A stretch of DNA of 47,482 bases, taken from assembly GCA_025603075.1 (NCBI GenBank), contig MU626410.1:1-47482 (forward strand), read 5' to 3'. A program made the translations under genes and the position numbers. This stretch comes from Neoconidiobolus thromboides FSU 785. Taxonomy: Eukaryota; Fungi; Entomophthoromycota. Shown in pieces: positions 35,301 to 46,169 of the stretch. The stretch's first letter is position 1. The number at the start of each line of letters is the position of its first letter. The notes beneath the pieces were generated by a model. It was not told the DNA's origin. It made no database searches and saw only the letters and a program-made list of their open reading frames with translations.

Positions 35301-35647
35301 ATCTAATAGATAGAAATGTTCAATTTATTAAAAAAATAAGATTGAATCAAGATTAAGTTAAGCTAAATAATAAACAAGTATAATGAATTACTTTTGACTT
35401 AAGAGTTTGAGCCATAAAAATTTTAACTTCTAAACCTTGATTTGGGTCTCTTAATAGATAGTCAGCTATCTGCCAAGCTTCCAACTAAATTAACATTAGC
35501 AAAAAGTTAATAAGATGAAGAAATAATTACTCTTTGTTGAAATTGTAATAAAAAAGTATTAGCTTCTGATTTCAATTCGCTTTGTTGACGTGGATCATAT
35601 AATACTTTTAACGCATTGATCGTCTGATCTTTAAGTGAAAGTTCCAT
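32381..35647 (-). CDS. MTR10: Importin-beta family transportin-SR / Mtr10; ~7 exons
   Basis: MELSLKDQTINALKVLY..EANTFLLQFQ|..EAWQIADYLL..FMAQTLKSK; LLTQLCLSLALLAIQL..W; FLTVLPQE; FKDFRHEIGYILKDC; WQEIEAVLFALRSLG; LRRTATLII..YAEWI. HEAT-repeat helical composition. Confidence 0.9.
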
Positions 35648-36225
35648 GGTAAAAACTAAATTTCTTTTTTTCAAAGTTTTTTTCTTTATTTTTATTATTT
35701 TTCGAACATTGAATTTTTTTAATGCTTTTTGGAGGGTTTAATTTCAAATAGAAAAGTATTACTATTAGTATAAATGTTAAATGTAATAGTAGTAACAATT
35801 GAAATGTAATAAACTTAAGTATAAAAAACTACTAATAAAAATATTACTTATAATAATAAGCACCAAAAGGTATGCTTTTATATTCTAAAATACTAATTAA
35901 TGCTATTTTATTTTCAGCATACAAACTAACTTGAAAGCCTAAAATAGATATCATAATACTATTCTAGAAATTACATTATGTCAATTTATTTTAAATCAAG
36001 ATAGTTAACGGTATTTAAACTAACAATAGTTAACAACTAACAACTTTATCTTAATCTAAAGGTTACAAACCCCACCAAGTCGAACTACTAAATAAGTCCA
36101 AAGAATAAGTGTTCAATTTTCAACAAAACAATCAATTGGCTCAACGACAAAAATAGACACCAAAAAAACTCAATTTTTAATTTAAGACTATCTAACTTTT
36201 ATCCTATTTTTAAATATTATAAAAA

Positions 36226-37106
36226 ATGAAGTTTCACTTATTATTTAGTCTAATCCTAATCCTCTGTTTGGGTCTTATATCTTCAGCTTCAACGGATAAA
36301 AACAGTGATAATACAGAAACAGCTAAAGATTATAACTTTTCCTCGGTCATTGAGTTAACTGATAGTACTTTCTATGAAGCTATAAATAGTAATTCAGAAT
36401 GGTTGATTGCTTTGTAAGTATATAGATATATATTATAAAAGAAAGTATTTAAAAATACAAAAAAATAGCACAGCTAGTTGGTGTAAAGCATGTAATAACT
36501 TGAAACCAGAATATGAGCGTTTAGCTACTTTAGTAAACAATAAGTTGCCAAAAGTGAAGATTGGACGTATTGATGTTGATACTAATCCAGCTATCGTTAA
36601 TCAATTTGTTATACTTCGATTACCCACTATTTATCATATAAAAGGGAACGAAGGTAGGTTTGAAATAGATATGATATTGATTTATATTAGTTTTTACTTT
36701 TATTTTAGTGAGAGCAGTGGAAATCAATAGAGATTTCGAAAGTTTAAAAAAGTTTTTAATTTATAATGAATGGAAGGAAATTCAACCCTTTTCAGGTTTA
36801 TTAGCTCCATTTTCGATTATGTAAATTTATTATGTATTTGTTGATTATAATATTTATTTTATTTAAGTCCTATTGCTACTTATACTGTCATCTTCTATTT
36901 CAATCAATTGGTTCAATATGCTAAAACATTGCCGTAAGTTTTAATTTTGCTTTCTTTGGTAAGTTTTAAATAATTTTATTAGCACTTGGGCTGTTTCTTT
37001 CATTCCAGTTATGTTAATTGGGTTTGCTCTCTATCATATTTCGAAATCCACTCCAGATACAACCCCACAACCTCAACGCCCTACTACAGCTAAAAAAAAT
37101 AAGTAA
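36226..37106 (+). CDS. Thioredoxin-related transmembrane protein (TMX1-like); multi-exon
   Basis: Signal peptide; VIELTDSTF; WLIAL|..ASWCKAC (CxxC); KIGRIDVD..F.ILRLPTIYHIK; C-terminal hydrophobic helix and KKNK* ER-retrieval-like end. Confidence 0.85.
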
Positions 37107-37375
37107 ATTGAGTAAATTTTAGGATTGCAATAAAGTTGATTAGAAATTTTATTCATATAGATCTTATTTTTTATTTTGTTATTGTTTTATTCAAAATTAA
37201 AGTTTATTATGTTTTATAAATTAATTGCTGCAAATTCAGAACAGCGATATTCTATAGTTGCAAAAAATGACCTTGGATTGCTTACTAAATCTTAGCATCC
37301 CATTGAAAAACAAAAAACCAACTATTTTTACTTCATCAACTTGATTTTTAACTTTTAAAAGAAATTTGAAAAAAG

Positions 37376-37847
37376 ATGGCCAGTAAAGCAAAAAAGGGAA
37401 AAGGAGAGATGAGCGAAGAAGAATTAAAAGCGATTGAAGAAGAAGAATTTAATACTGGACCATTATCGGTATTAAAACTAGCCGTCAAAAATCACAACTT
37501 AGTTGCCATTAACTGCCGTAACAATCGTAAACTTTTGGGCAAAGTTAAGGCCTTTGATAGACATTGTAATTTGATTTTGGAAAATGTTAGGGAGGTAAGA
37601 GTTTTGGGATCATTTTTTTAGAGAAAATGGATTAATGTTAATGTTTTTTCTTTTAGATGTGGACAGAACAACCTAAAACTGGAAAAGGAATGAAAAAAGC
37701 CAAACCAATTTCCAGAGATAGATTTATTTCAAAATTGTTTTTGAGAGGTGATTCTATTATAATTGGTAGGCTTTTTTATCTGTTAACTTAGTATTTTGGC
37801 TAATATAATTATTATTTTTAGTTGCTCGAATTCAAGGAGACAGTTAA
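37376..37847 (+). CDS. SMD2: Small nuclear ribonucleoprotein Sm D2; 3 exons
   Basis: [42 protein letters not shown]|[20 protein letters not shown]. Confidence 0.96.
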
Positions 37848-38118
37848 ATTAAATAAATGGTTTTTAAATGGAAAAATTGCTTGAATTAAATGTTATTAGC
37901 TATATTTATATGTAATTTTATTCATTTTAATTTATAATTTACTTTAACGCTATAGTTGTGTCAACTAAGTAGAGTTTAATAGACTCATATATGTAAGTTT
38001 AATTGAACCTTGTTTATTTTAACGTAATAACTACAATTTAAAAATGTTAAAAATGATATCATAAAATAAATAAGAATGGTTAATGCTGACAATATAATAA
38101 TTAAAAAACATAATTTTT

Positions 38119-39553
38119 TTATTCCATATCATGATAATTTCTCAAAAAGCATAATACATTAAATATTAAAACTTTAATATCTACCTCAGTTCTAGAATCT
38201 AAACTAGCAACCATTTTTTTTAAATGCTCATTCACTCCACTACCTACAACATAAGATTCTAGATCATCTTCATCAACTGGATCTCCTTTAAATACCTAAT
38301 TATAACAACAAACCTACTTAAAGTACTACTCTTTTGTAATTATAATACTTACCTCCAACTCATCTACAATATATTCATTATCGTCCCAAATCAAATGAAT
38401 AAACAATGTAGGATAGACATCTTCCATATTATATTTAACTTTTAGAGTAGAATCATCAATTAATTTAACATATGTAACCTCATTGATTTTTGAAATACAA
38501 TCTTTAGCATAATCATAATGATTTATCAAAGCTTTCATTTTGGCTATATTTTCTTCTTTGTTTTCATATAGTCTAACATTAATCTCTTTTTTTAATTGAA
38601 TTACTTTGTTTCTTTTCATTTCAACCTCTTTCCTTAATGTCCCTTCCTCTTGCTGATTTAAATCATCTATTACTCTTTGTTTAGCTTCTTCGTAATCGAT
38701 ACCCTTTGTATTTGTTTAGTCGTTAATTGATTAATTTGGTTAGTTTTATTACTTCATGTTTTGCTAGTTCCATACTCATTTCATGGATCTCCATCTAGTT
38801 TATAGAATATTTTTAAGTGGTTTGTATCATTAGTAATATACTTACTTGACATTGTTTTTCGATCCTTTCAATTTTTTCTACTTCTTTTTTCTAACTATTA
38901 CTTATAGTTTTAATTCAAATACTATTATTATTACCATATAAATCATATTGGATAAGAATTTTCGACATTTATTAACAATTTTGGATGTTTTGCGATATTC
39001 TAAAATAATTTTTATTATAACCACTATAAGTGATAAAATAATGGTTACTTTTATAATATAATTTACACTGCTCTTCATAAAGTTCGATCACTTTTTTTAA
39101 CTCTTCTTTCTTTTTATCAATTTTATCTTCTAATATCAATAGTTTTACATCTAAAATTCAATTGTTATTTTATATTTGACTGTAAACTAATAATCATATC
39201 CACCTTTGTTTTTAATGTCCTTAACATTTAAAAAGCTGTTGTTTAATAAATTTTTATATAACTCATTTTTAGCATAAATATCAATAAATAGTTGAGGTAA
39301 TCCAGAATAAAACAATTGCTTTTTTAAAAAGATTTAATGTTATTATTATAGTTTTATTTGATAATTTATTTACTTTTATTCCTCGTAGCTCTTTAGTTAA
39401 ATCTACCACCTCTTCATCTTCTTTGATTTTAAGTACATCATATTTCTCCAGTTTTTGTTTAATACTAAGTTGATGTTAGTATGGCATGTTACATACAGTG
39501 AACCTAATTTACTTTCTTAATTCCTTCTTTTTCAACTCCAAATCCAAATTCAT
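38119..39553 (-). CDS. Multi-exon coiled-coil protein of unknown function
   Basis: ATG at 39553 (MNLDLELKKKELRK), successive GT-AG-bounded K/E-rich exons, the track ORF 38326-38619, and a last exon VFKGDPVDEDDLESYVVG...LCFLRNYHDME*. Middle exon boundaries are uncertain. Confidence 0.65.
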
Positions 39554-39727
39554 TTTCAAACTTGTACAAATAACAAAAACTATTTCTTACAATTCAAATT
39601 GTAAATTTATAATTGCTCATTAACCAATGAAATTAAACTTTAACAATGCATTATAAAATAGATAAAAAGATCATTTTATTTATAGTAAAAGAGTAGCGTA
39701 TAAAAGCTTATAAACATCTTCTTCTGT

Positions 39728-40585
39728 TTACTTACGGACTCTAATAGTTTCTTCAAAATTATCAAATGCGACACTAGATACTTTATCAAGTTCATCTTGG
39801 ATCTGCTCGACACCTTCCACTTCTGGAATATAATGCATCAACATATTTTGAATACCATGTTTTAAAGTAACCTCTGAACTTTCGCAAGTTCTACAAGCAC
39901 CTCTTAACTTTAGTTTAACTATACTATTTTCAAACCCGAGGTATTCGATATCACCACCATCTTCTTGAATTGAGGGTCTAATTCTAGTTTCTAATAATTC
40001 TTTAATCATTTGAACTACTTCATCATCTTCAGGATCAATTTTAGTGTCTTGGGCAACCTCATGTTCTTCATACATCATTGGTTGTTCGACAGAAAAGAAA
40101 TCCATTAACGTAGCAAAGATTTCTGGTTTTAAATTGGGCCAGTTAGCGTCAGCATTTTTATTAACGGTTACAAAATCGGGACCGAAAAAAATGGATTGAA
40201 TGCCATCAATTAAAAACAGTTTTTTAGCTAGAGGGGAGCTCATACCTTCTCTTGCATTCGTGAATTCTGCACTCTTATTGTTACCCATTACTTCCCTACC
40301 AGGTACAAATTTTATAGAGTCTGGATTGGGCGTATTCTCTGTTTGGATAAACATGGTTCTTGCTTTTATAACTGTTAATTTTTTTACATTAAGCTCATAT
40401 TAAGTAGTATTACCTCCTATCTTTATAAATGTTTGATTATTAATCAAACCATTTAAATTTTTGTTGCTTCTTAATTTACCGAAAGTAGTATGAGATAGAT
40501 TCTTTTTTGCATTGAATTGTATACATCTAGTTATTAAATATTGATTATTTAGTATTAATTTTAGTTGATTTTTAAACATCATCAT
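39728..40585 (-). CDS. NFU1: Mitochondrial Fe-S scaffold Nfu1; 2 exons (40585-40414, 40371-39728)
   Basis: Presequence exon joined by a 42-nt GT-AG intron to MFIQTENTPNPDSIKF; SPLAKKLF; IRPSIQEDGGDIEY; LRGACRTC (CxxC); LKHGIQNMLMHYIPEV. Confidence 0.95.
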
Positions 40586-40756
40586 TTCTTTTTTTTCTAA
40601 TATAAATTTATAATAAAATGTGTTTCTTGCATCCAAATTATTTAATTTTATCCAAATTTCAGCTTTTTTGATCTCTTTATCCAATCATCTCCATTCTTAC
40701 TCTTAGATTAAATAGATAATCTATTATTAATCGATTTTTAAAATATTAATAATATT

Positions 40757-41030
40757 GAGAATGTTTTTTACTAATTGTCCATTGTTGCTGCTTTTTTAAA
40801 ATTTAGAAATTAATCACTAGTGCAGCTGTTCAAACTTGGATATATACTAGCTAACTGTTTGTTTTATAATAAAAAATCAAATATCAAGCGACAAGTTAAC
40901 ATAACAATACAAATGGCCAATTATAAAATTTACCACTAGTGAGCACATATTTGAACTTAGACAACTGAGCTAATTGATTTCTAAATTTTAAAAAAGTAAC
41001 AAAAATGGACAATTGGCAAAAAACATTCCC
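40757..41030. mobile_element. 274-bp non-autonomous element with long (~70 bp or more) terminal inverted repeats
   Basis: Left GAGAATGTTTTTTACTAATTGTCCATTGTTGCTGCTTTTTTAAAATTTAGAAATTAATC matches the reverse complement of the right end, GGGAATGTTTTTTGCCAATTGTCCATTTTTGTTACTTTTTTAAAATTTAGAAATCAATT. The right flank is ATATAT. Confidence 0.8.
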
Positions 41031-41072
41031 ATATATCTAACTAAAAAATCTTAAGATAAAGATAAAGAGGGA

Positions 41073-41095
41073 TAAACTAAACTAAACTAAACTAA
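41073..41095 (+). repeat. (TAAAC)n microsatellite
   Basis: TAAACTAAACTAAACTAAACTAAA read directly. Confidence 0.7.
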
Positions 41096-41155
41096 AATAT
41101 GCTTTATATTTATTAAGAAAAAAACAAAGGAAGATAAAGATTACAACTTACTACT

Positions 41156-42791
41156 TTAATGCTTTGGTTTGTTGAAACTTCTTTTTGGATTATTTTCAGA
41201 AGATATTGTTCTATCGCCACTATTACTTTGATTATTTTCTGACAATATATTGATATTATTGATATTATTGGTATTATTTTGATTATTTTTAGATGATATA
41301 CTTATACAAATATTATTAGTTTGACTATTTTCAGGAGGTATAGCCAATTTTTTGGAATTATTCTATAGCAATATAGTATTAATAGAAAGAGACTTATTCT
41401 TAGTATCAATCAATCCACACTAATATTGACTAATAATACTAGAAAGTAAAAGAAAGTTTGTTAATTGGCAAAAGTTCAACTAAGCTACATATTATATTTT
41501 TTAACTTTTTAGCTTCTTTAGTAGAATGTTTGAATTTAAAGTTCTTAGAATTTGGATTATGAAAAATCTTGAATCTTTATTTTTTCTCTTGCAAATAATT
41601 TAACAATGTAGCTTAACTATTTGGATCTTCAATAAGTTGTGCTACTCTATTAAACAGACTTGTAACAATAGGTGGATAATCATGATTACAATTTTTGACG
41701 TTTACTCTGAATATTGTACTCCTAAGGAATCTACGACCAATGGAAATTCTATATGGATAGAATAAATGGCCTGGATTCTTTTTATTTAACTACGGTTTTC
41801 GAAAAAACTTACATAATGAAGGTTGGTAACTGATTATGTTATATGTTTTTCATTCGTTTTTACCTTTTATTAATAGATATCCTTTATTTATTGCCAAAAA
41901 TGTGATACGGGTCACACTTTCCGTTAAATCTCCAAATTCTAGCTTATTTAAATAATCCTCATTGGTCGTTATATGTTCACTTTGATTATTATTAATTCCA
42001 ACTACTAGATTGTTATTTCTTTGCGACTGACTATTGATATATGTTGTATCGGCTTCTTGTAGGTGGTTATTAATATAAGGTGATGTTTTTTTTGATTCCA
42101 TTACTTTTCCATTTTTTAAGCGCTATCTGAGTGGAAGAATTCTTAATAAAATTCTTAAACAAAAAAATACATTCCCATATATTGCATTAGTTTCCTGAAA
42201 TTACTTATTATTATTTGTATTATTAGCTCATGTCTGAATATTAATATCAGATGCACTGGTTTGTTACTCATTTATAGCTGATACATCTGCACTTATACTA
42301 CCCTCTATTTCTTTATTTTTGTCAAGAAAAGAGGGATAGTTATGTGTACAATTATTAACTTTAACTTTGAAAATATTTTCCTTGTTGGGTTCTACGACCA
42401 ATAGAAATCAAATAAGGATAAAGTACAAAATTGTTAGTATCTATCCCGTTTTTTAAGAAACTTGATAATATTTATATTTTATTTATTTATAATTATAAAC
42501 CTTATCTTTGGTTTGTTTACTTTTGGTTTTAATTAATAAAGAGTCTTCACTTAGTCCTAATAAAACGATATGGTTTATTCCATCTGCTAAACCTGTAAAC
42601 TCTAAGCTATTTAAATATGCTTTGTTGATTGTTAAAGTTGGGATTAATTGTTTATTTGTTATTACTTCCAAGTTATTGATTCCTTGTGATTGACTATCCT
42701 ATTTTCTTCAATTATCTTGTTCATTTTACGCACTTAGTATATTATTTTCATCACTAGCATTGCTTCTATAAAATTCTTTATTATTTGATAT
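41156..42791 (-). pseudogene. Second pseudogenised paralog of the tandem zinc-finger gene, interrupted by a MITE
   Basis: The start position reads ATA TCA AAT AAT AAA, against ATG TCA AAT AAT AAA in the intact gene. Fragments YLNSLEFTGLADGINHIV, YPYLISIGRR..FKVKVNNCTHNY, HITTNEDYLNKLEF, ISIGRR..FRVNVKNCNHDYPP and NNPKRSFNKPKH* are collinear, with many stops and frameshifts. Confidence 0.85.
42078..42176 (-). mobile_element. Short MITE, copy I, inside the pseudogene
   Basis: The reverse complement reads AT|GGGAATGTATTTTTTTGTTTAAGAATTTTATTAAGAATTCTTCCACTCAGATAGCGCTTAAAAAATGGAAAAGTAATGGAATCAAAAAAAACATCACC. Confidence 0.85.
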
Positions 42792-43261
42792 TTTGTAGTC
42801 TTGATTTTCATTAGTAAATATTTGTAAATAAATTACAATAACTAAATTTCATGATTAGTTCCTATTTGTATCAAACTTCTTGTGAATTTCTACCAGCTTT
42901 TGAATAAAAAGGGCATAATTAGAGAAGCATGGTAGTAATTATATGTGTTTAGTTTAAAAGCTCGGTTCAAATTTTGTCTAATTTTGATTTTGAATAAAAT
43001 CATAAATTAGACACTAAGTGCTGAAAAACAGTTGCTTTTTTCCCTAGTCTTACTGTATTAGAATATTCTTTATCTAATATTTAATATAAAAAAATTAAAT
43101 TTATGCCATATAAAGAGAAAAAAATGAAACTGAAAAAGTTTAAACTTTAATCAACTTTTACTTATCCATATCAATTTGGTAAGTTATAAAAGATCGAATT
43201 TATATTACCAAATAAGGTAAAAATGGAGCTATATCTTTTCTTTAAATAGTCCAAATTGAAT

Positions 43262-43445
43262 ATACTTGCCTAGCAGCAATGAACTTAATCAAACCCCTTC
43301 TTGTTCAGCCAGGGAAGTTAAGGAAGGTCAGCACATTCATAACATAGTGGGAAGCGACTTGAGAATAATGTGTGCTATTGGGTATTATATAGTGAGGATG
43401 TTCTAGCTCTCAATTGGTTGAGCTATTTGAGTTAGCTACTGTTCT
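43262..43445 (+). ncRNA. Candidate structured RNA, possibly a divergent U1 snRNA variant or pseudogene
   Basis: GC-richer island in an intergenic region. ATACTTGCCTAGCAG matches the human U1 5' end at 13/15. GTGGGAAGCGACT..ATAATGTGTGCTATTGGG is collinear with U1 SL3/Sm-site sequence (15/18 at the Sm site). Local hairpins are present. SL2 length and the closing helix fit poorly. Confidence 0.35.
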
Positions 43446-43832
43446 TGTTATTCTTTGTAGTTTTGAAATTTCTATAAAGTTAATATTTTAGAAATAGAAA
43501 ACTATCCATTTTAATTATAGGTTTATTTAATAAAATTTTCAGTATTGCTTTAATTATTTTTTAGCATATTGACCTGTATTTTTATAAATATGTTGAGCAA
43601 ATTTTAACGTAATAAAGTATTAACTATGAGCTAATATTTATAGATCTATTAACTATAATTTAGATAGTCTTACTTCTTATACTACATCAATCTAAATTTT
43701 ATATCCCAGTTTCAAAGCTAAATATCTTAAACAACAATAGTTATAAAAAAACTAACAGTGAATATAAATAAAGCACAGAGTATAACATATCATTCTATAA
43801 AAACTTTATTACCTATACTTTTTTATCAGGTT

Positions 43833-44800
43833 TTAAAATGTCTCATTCAAAAATTGAATAAAAAGATTAGGTATTCTTTCCAATTCAATGACGGATTTTT
43901 GTTTTTTATAGAAGGTCACAAACTCCCTCTTTTGTTTTTTCATTTCAATAATACTTAAAAATTTACCCTTTTTATTCAATGGAGTATCAACATTTGGCAA
44001 AAAAAGTACTGAATCTTTATTTTCATTTTGCATTGATAATATCTGTTGAATCAATTCAGTAACTAATTTATCTACTTCATATAAATGATTAGTGGTGGTT
44101 ATTGGTTGTATTACCGTAGCTTGAGTGGGTTTTAACGATTTTTCATGAATAATAGAATGATAGATTTGTGAAAATATTTCTTCATAAGAATCATCCGTAG
44201 GTATAATTAAAAATAAGGGCGAGTCCCAGCGGTTAAATGCTATTGGCTCTTCATATCGATTGATGAGTTCAGTTATTCTAAACGATAAAATAAAATGGTT
44301 TAAATTATTAAAATTATTTTAATTTAATTAAATATTTTAAATACTTACACTTGTTCACTATATTTGTCCTCTCTGATTTCATTCCATTCCATAGCTATTT
44401 GTGGTTGTAATCCAAACTGTACCTAAAATTAAAAATAATTATCTCATTCCAATTGATTAATTAAACTTCAACTTACCACACAATGATTGGTAGCATTAGC
44501 TCTAGCCACACAATATAATTGATATCTGAATCCTTTAATATAGTTATTACTGTCCAATATTAATATGGTGTCTTTATTAACTAATCTTTCCGCACATGCT
44601 AATAACGCTCCACGTAATTTCTTTTCTTCATATTGAGTAGCGTAACTAGACTTGAAAAAGCCAAGCTTTTCATCATTATATAATTCTACTTTATGGGTTA
44701 AGGATTCGGACTTGAGTTTGTTTTCAATATATATTTTAAGTTGGGTAGCGATAGTACTCTTCCCACTACTGGGTAATCCACATAATGTTATCAATGGCAT
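43833..44800 (-). CDS. KTI12: Elongator-associated protein Kti12 (PSTK-like P-loop ATPase); 3 exons
   Basis: MPLITLCGLPSSGKST; EKKLRG; ILILDSNNYIKGFRYQLYCVARA; RYEEP...RWDSPLFL; C-terminal KREFVTF..LFIQFLN. Confidence 0.93.
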
Positions 44801-46169
44801 CGTGAGAGTTGTCTATTGTCTATTTTTTGGAAAATTATTTGAATGTGGTTAAATTTAAATTTGAAATTATTCGCAACTTTAAACTTTTAAGCAAGAACTC
44901 TGCAAAACTGTTCAATATCTTTGGTTTTTTAAACATGGGTTTAGCTAATGTTCAATAGTTTTATTCATTATTTATTCTATTATAAATTTGAAGTATTTTT
45001 TACTATTAGACTATTATTTATAGACTAAAATATATAAAAAATAATATCATTGAAATACTATATTGAGTATCCCCATAAATGACAATACTTTTATAAAACA
45101 AAATTATTATTTACAGTATTATTTCTACTTTAGAATTATTTAATAAAGGTTCTATTAAATGGAAATTTATAAAACAAGTTATTTTTCAATAGATTTTATT
45201 ACTGTTATTGTAATTGTATATTCCTACCAACTTTAACTACCAAAAATATAAGTTTATTTATGCATAATCTCATAAACATCAAAGTTGCTATAACTGAAGC
45301 AAAGGATATAAACAAAATATTTGCTGTATTATATGATATGTCTTTTTTGATTACTTTTATTTGTCCTTTTTATATGCACAGAAAAAGTCGGACGGTTTAT
45401 TAAGGTTAGATAAGACACCCTTGTTTTGTCAAACAAACTTAATTGTTAAAATAAAAGGATATTTAAGTCCTAGCGTTTATTAAACCTAATTATATAACAT
45501 CAGATTAATAATCTATTTTCCTATAGTATCACTAGACAATAATAAAATAAACTAACTGGTACATATCTGCCAACGATTTCAATAGTTTATTTTCATAACT
45601 TGATATAAATCTATAGTGAAAGCTTCAAATTATAATTAACTTCGTCTAAAATATCAAAGGCTTTAAAAAAAGTTTAGATATTCTTAAAGTTAATTTAAAT
45701 ATAGAAAATATCAAACTATTTAAATATAGTAATACTTGGTATAAAATGGATGCTTTATTTTTAATATGCACTCATAAATATTCTATTTATTTTAAAAAAA
45801 TTCTTTTGGAAATACCCTGTCGGAGATCAGAACCTCCTTAGTTGATTGTAAACGAATAGAGTGGAGTTCAATATGGAGAAACTATTTTTCTAATTTTGTT
45901 GACACTCTTGATAATTTGACAAAATTATTTTTGGAAAATTATTTGATTTAATAAATATTTTATTCAAACAATTTATTTTATATTTTATGTACTTGATATC
46001 TAAATTAACTGTATTTAAGTAATAGCTGATACTATTTAATAAATTTTAAAGTTAAACATAATAATATAAAAAATACAAATAATTTAAACTCAAAAGATAC
46101 TTTTTTTATAAACTTATATTTTTATTAATCTTAAAAAATAAAAAAATCCTACAATGACCTTATATATTT

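Noticed and set aside
9128-40585. Functional cluster of mitochondrial genes (CRD1, MZM1, EF-P, NFU1)
   Set aside because: They are spread over 31 kb among unrelated genes, and mitochondrial genes are common enough for this to be chance. Only the tight MZM1-microprotein-EF-P group is kept as a finding.
2077-42176. Dispersed ~100-bp repeats as a CRISPR-like array or tRNA/SINE
   Set aside because: Copies are scattered in both orientations with no regular spacers, have terminal inverted repeats, and show no cloverleaf, A/B boxes or poly-A tail. The DNA is eukaryotic.
41156-42791. RIP-like directional mutation of the pseudogenes (ATG to ATA, CAG to TAA)
   Set aside because: Too few sites could be polarised by eye, and general AT-biased decay explains them. 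It would need a substitution-spectrum calculation.
43310-43360. Alternative identities for the 43.3-kb island: RNase P CR-I (GGAAGGTCAG), U6atac (GAAGGTCAGCAC), SRP RNA, U12 branch site (TTCCTTAAC on the minus strand)
   Set aside because: Each match is a single short word. There is no convincing CR-IV/CR-V partner, no AAGGAGA box, no SRP helix-8 GNRA/AGCAG motif and no upstream RTATCCTT donor.
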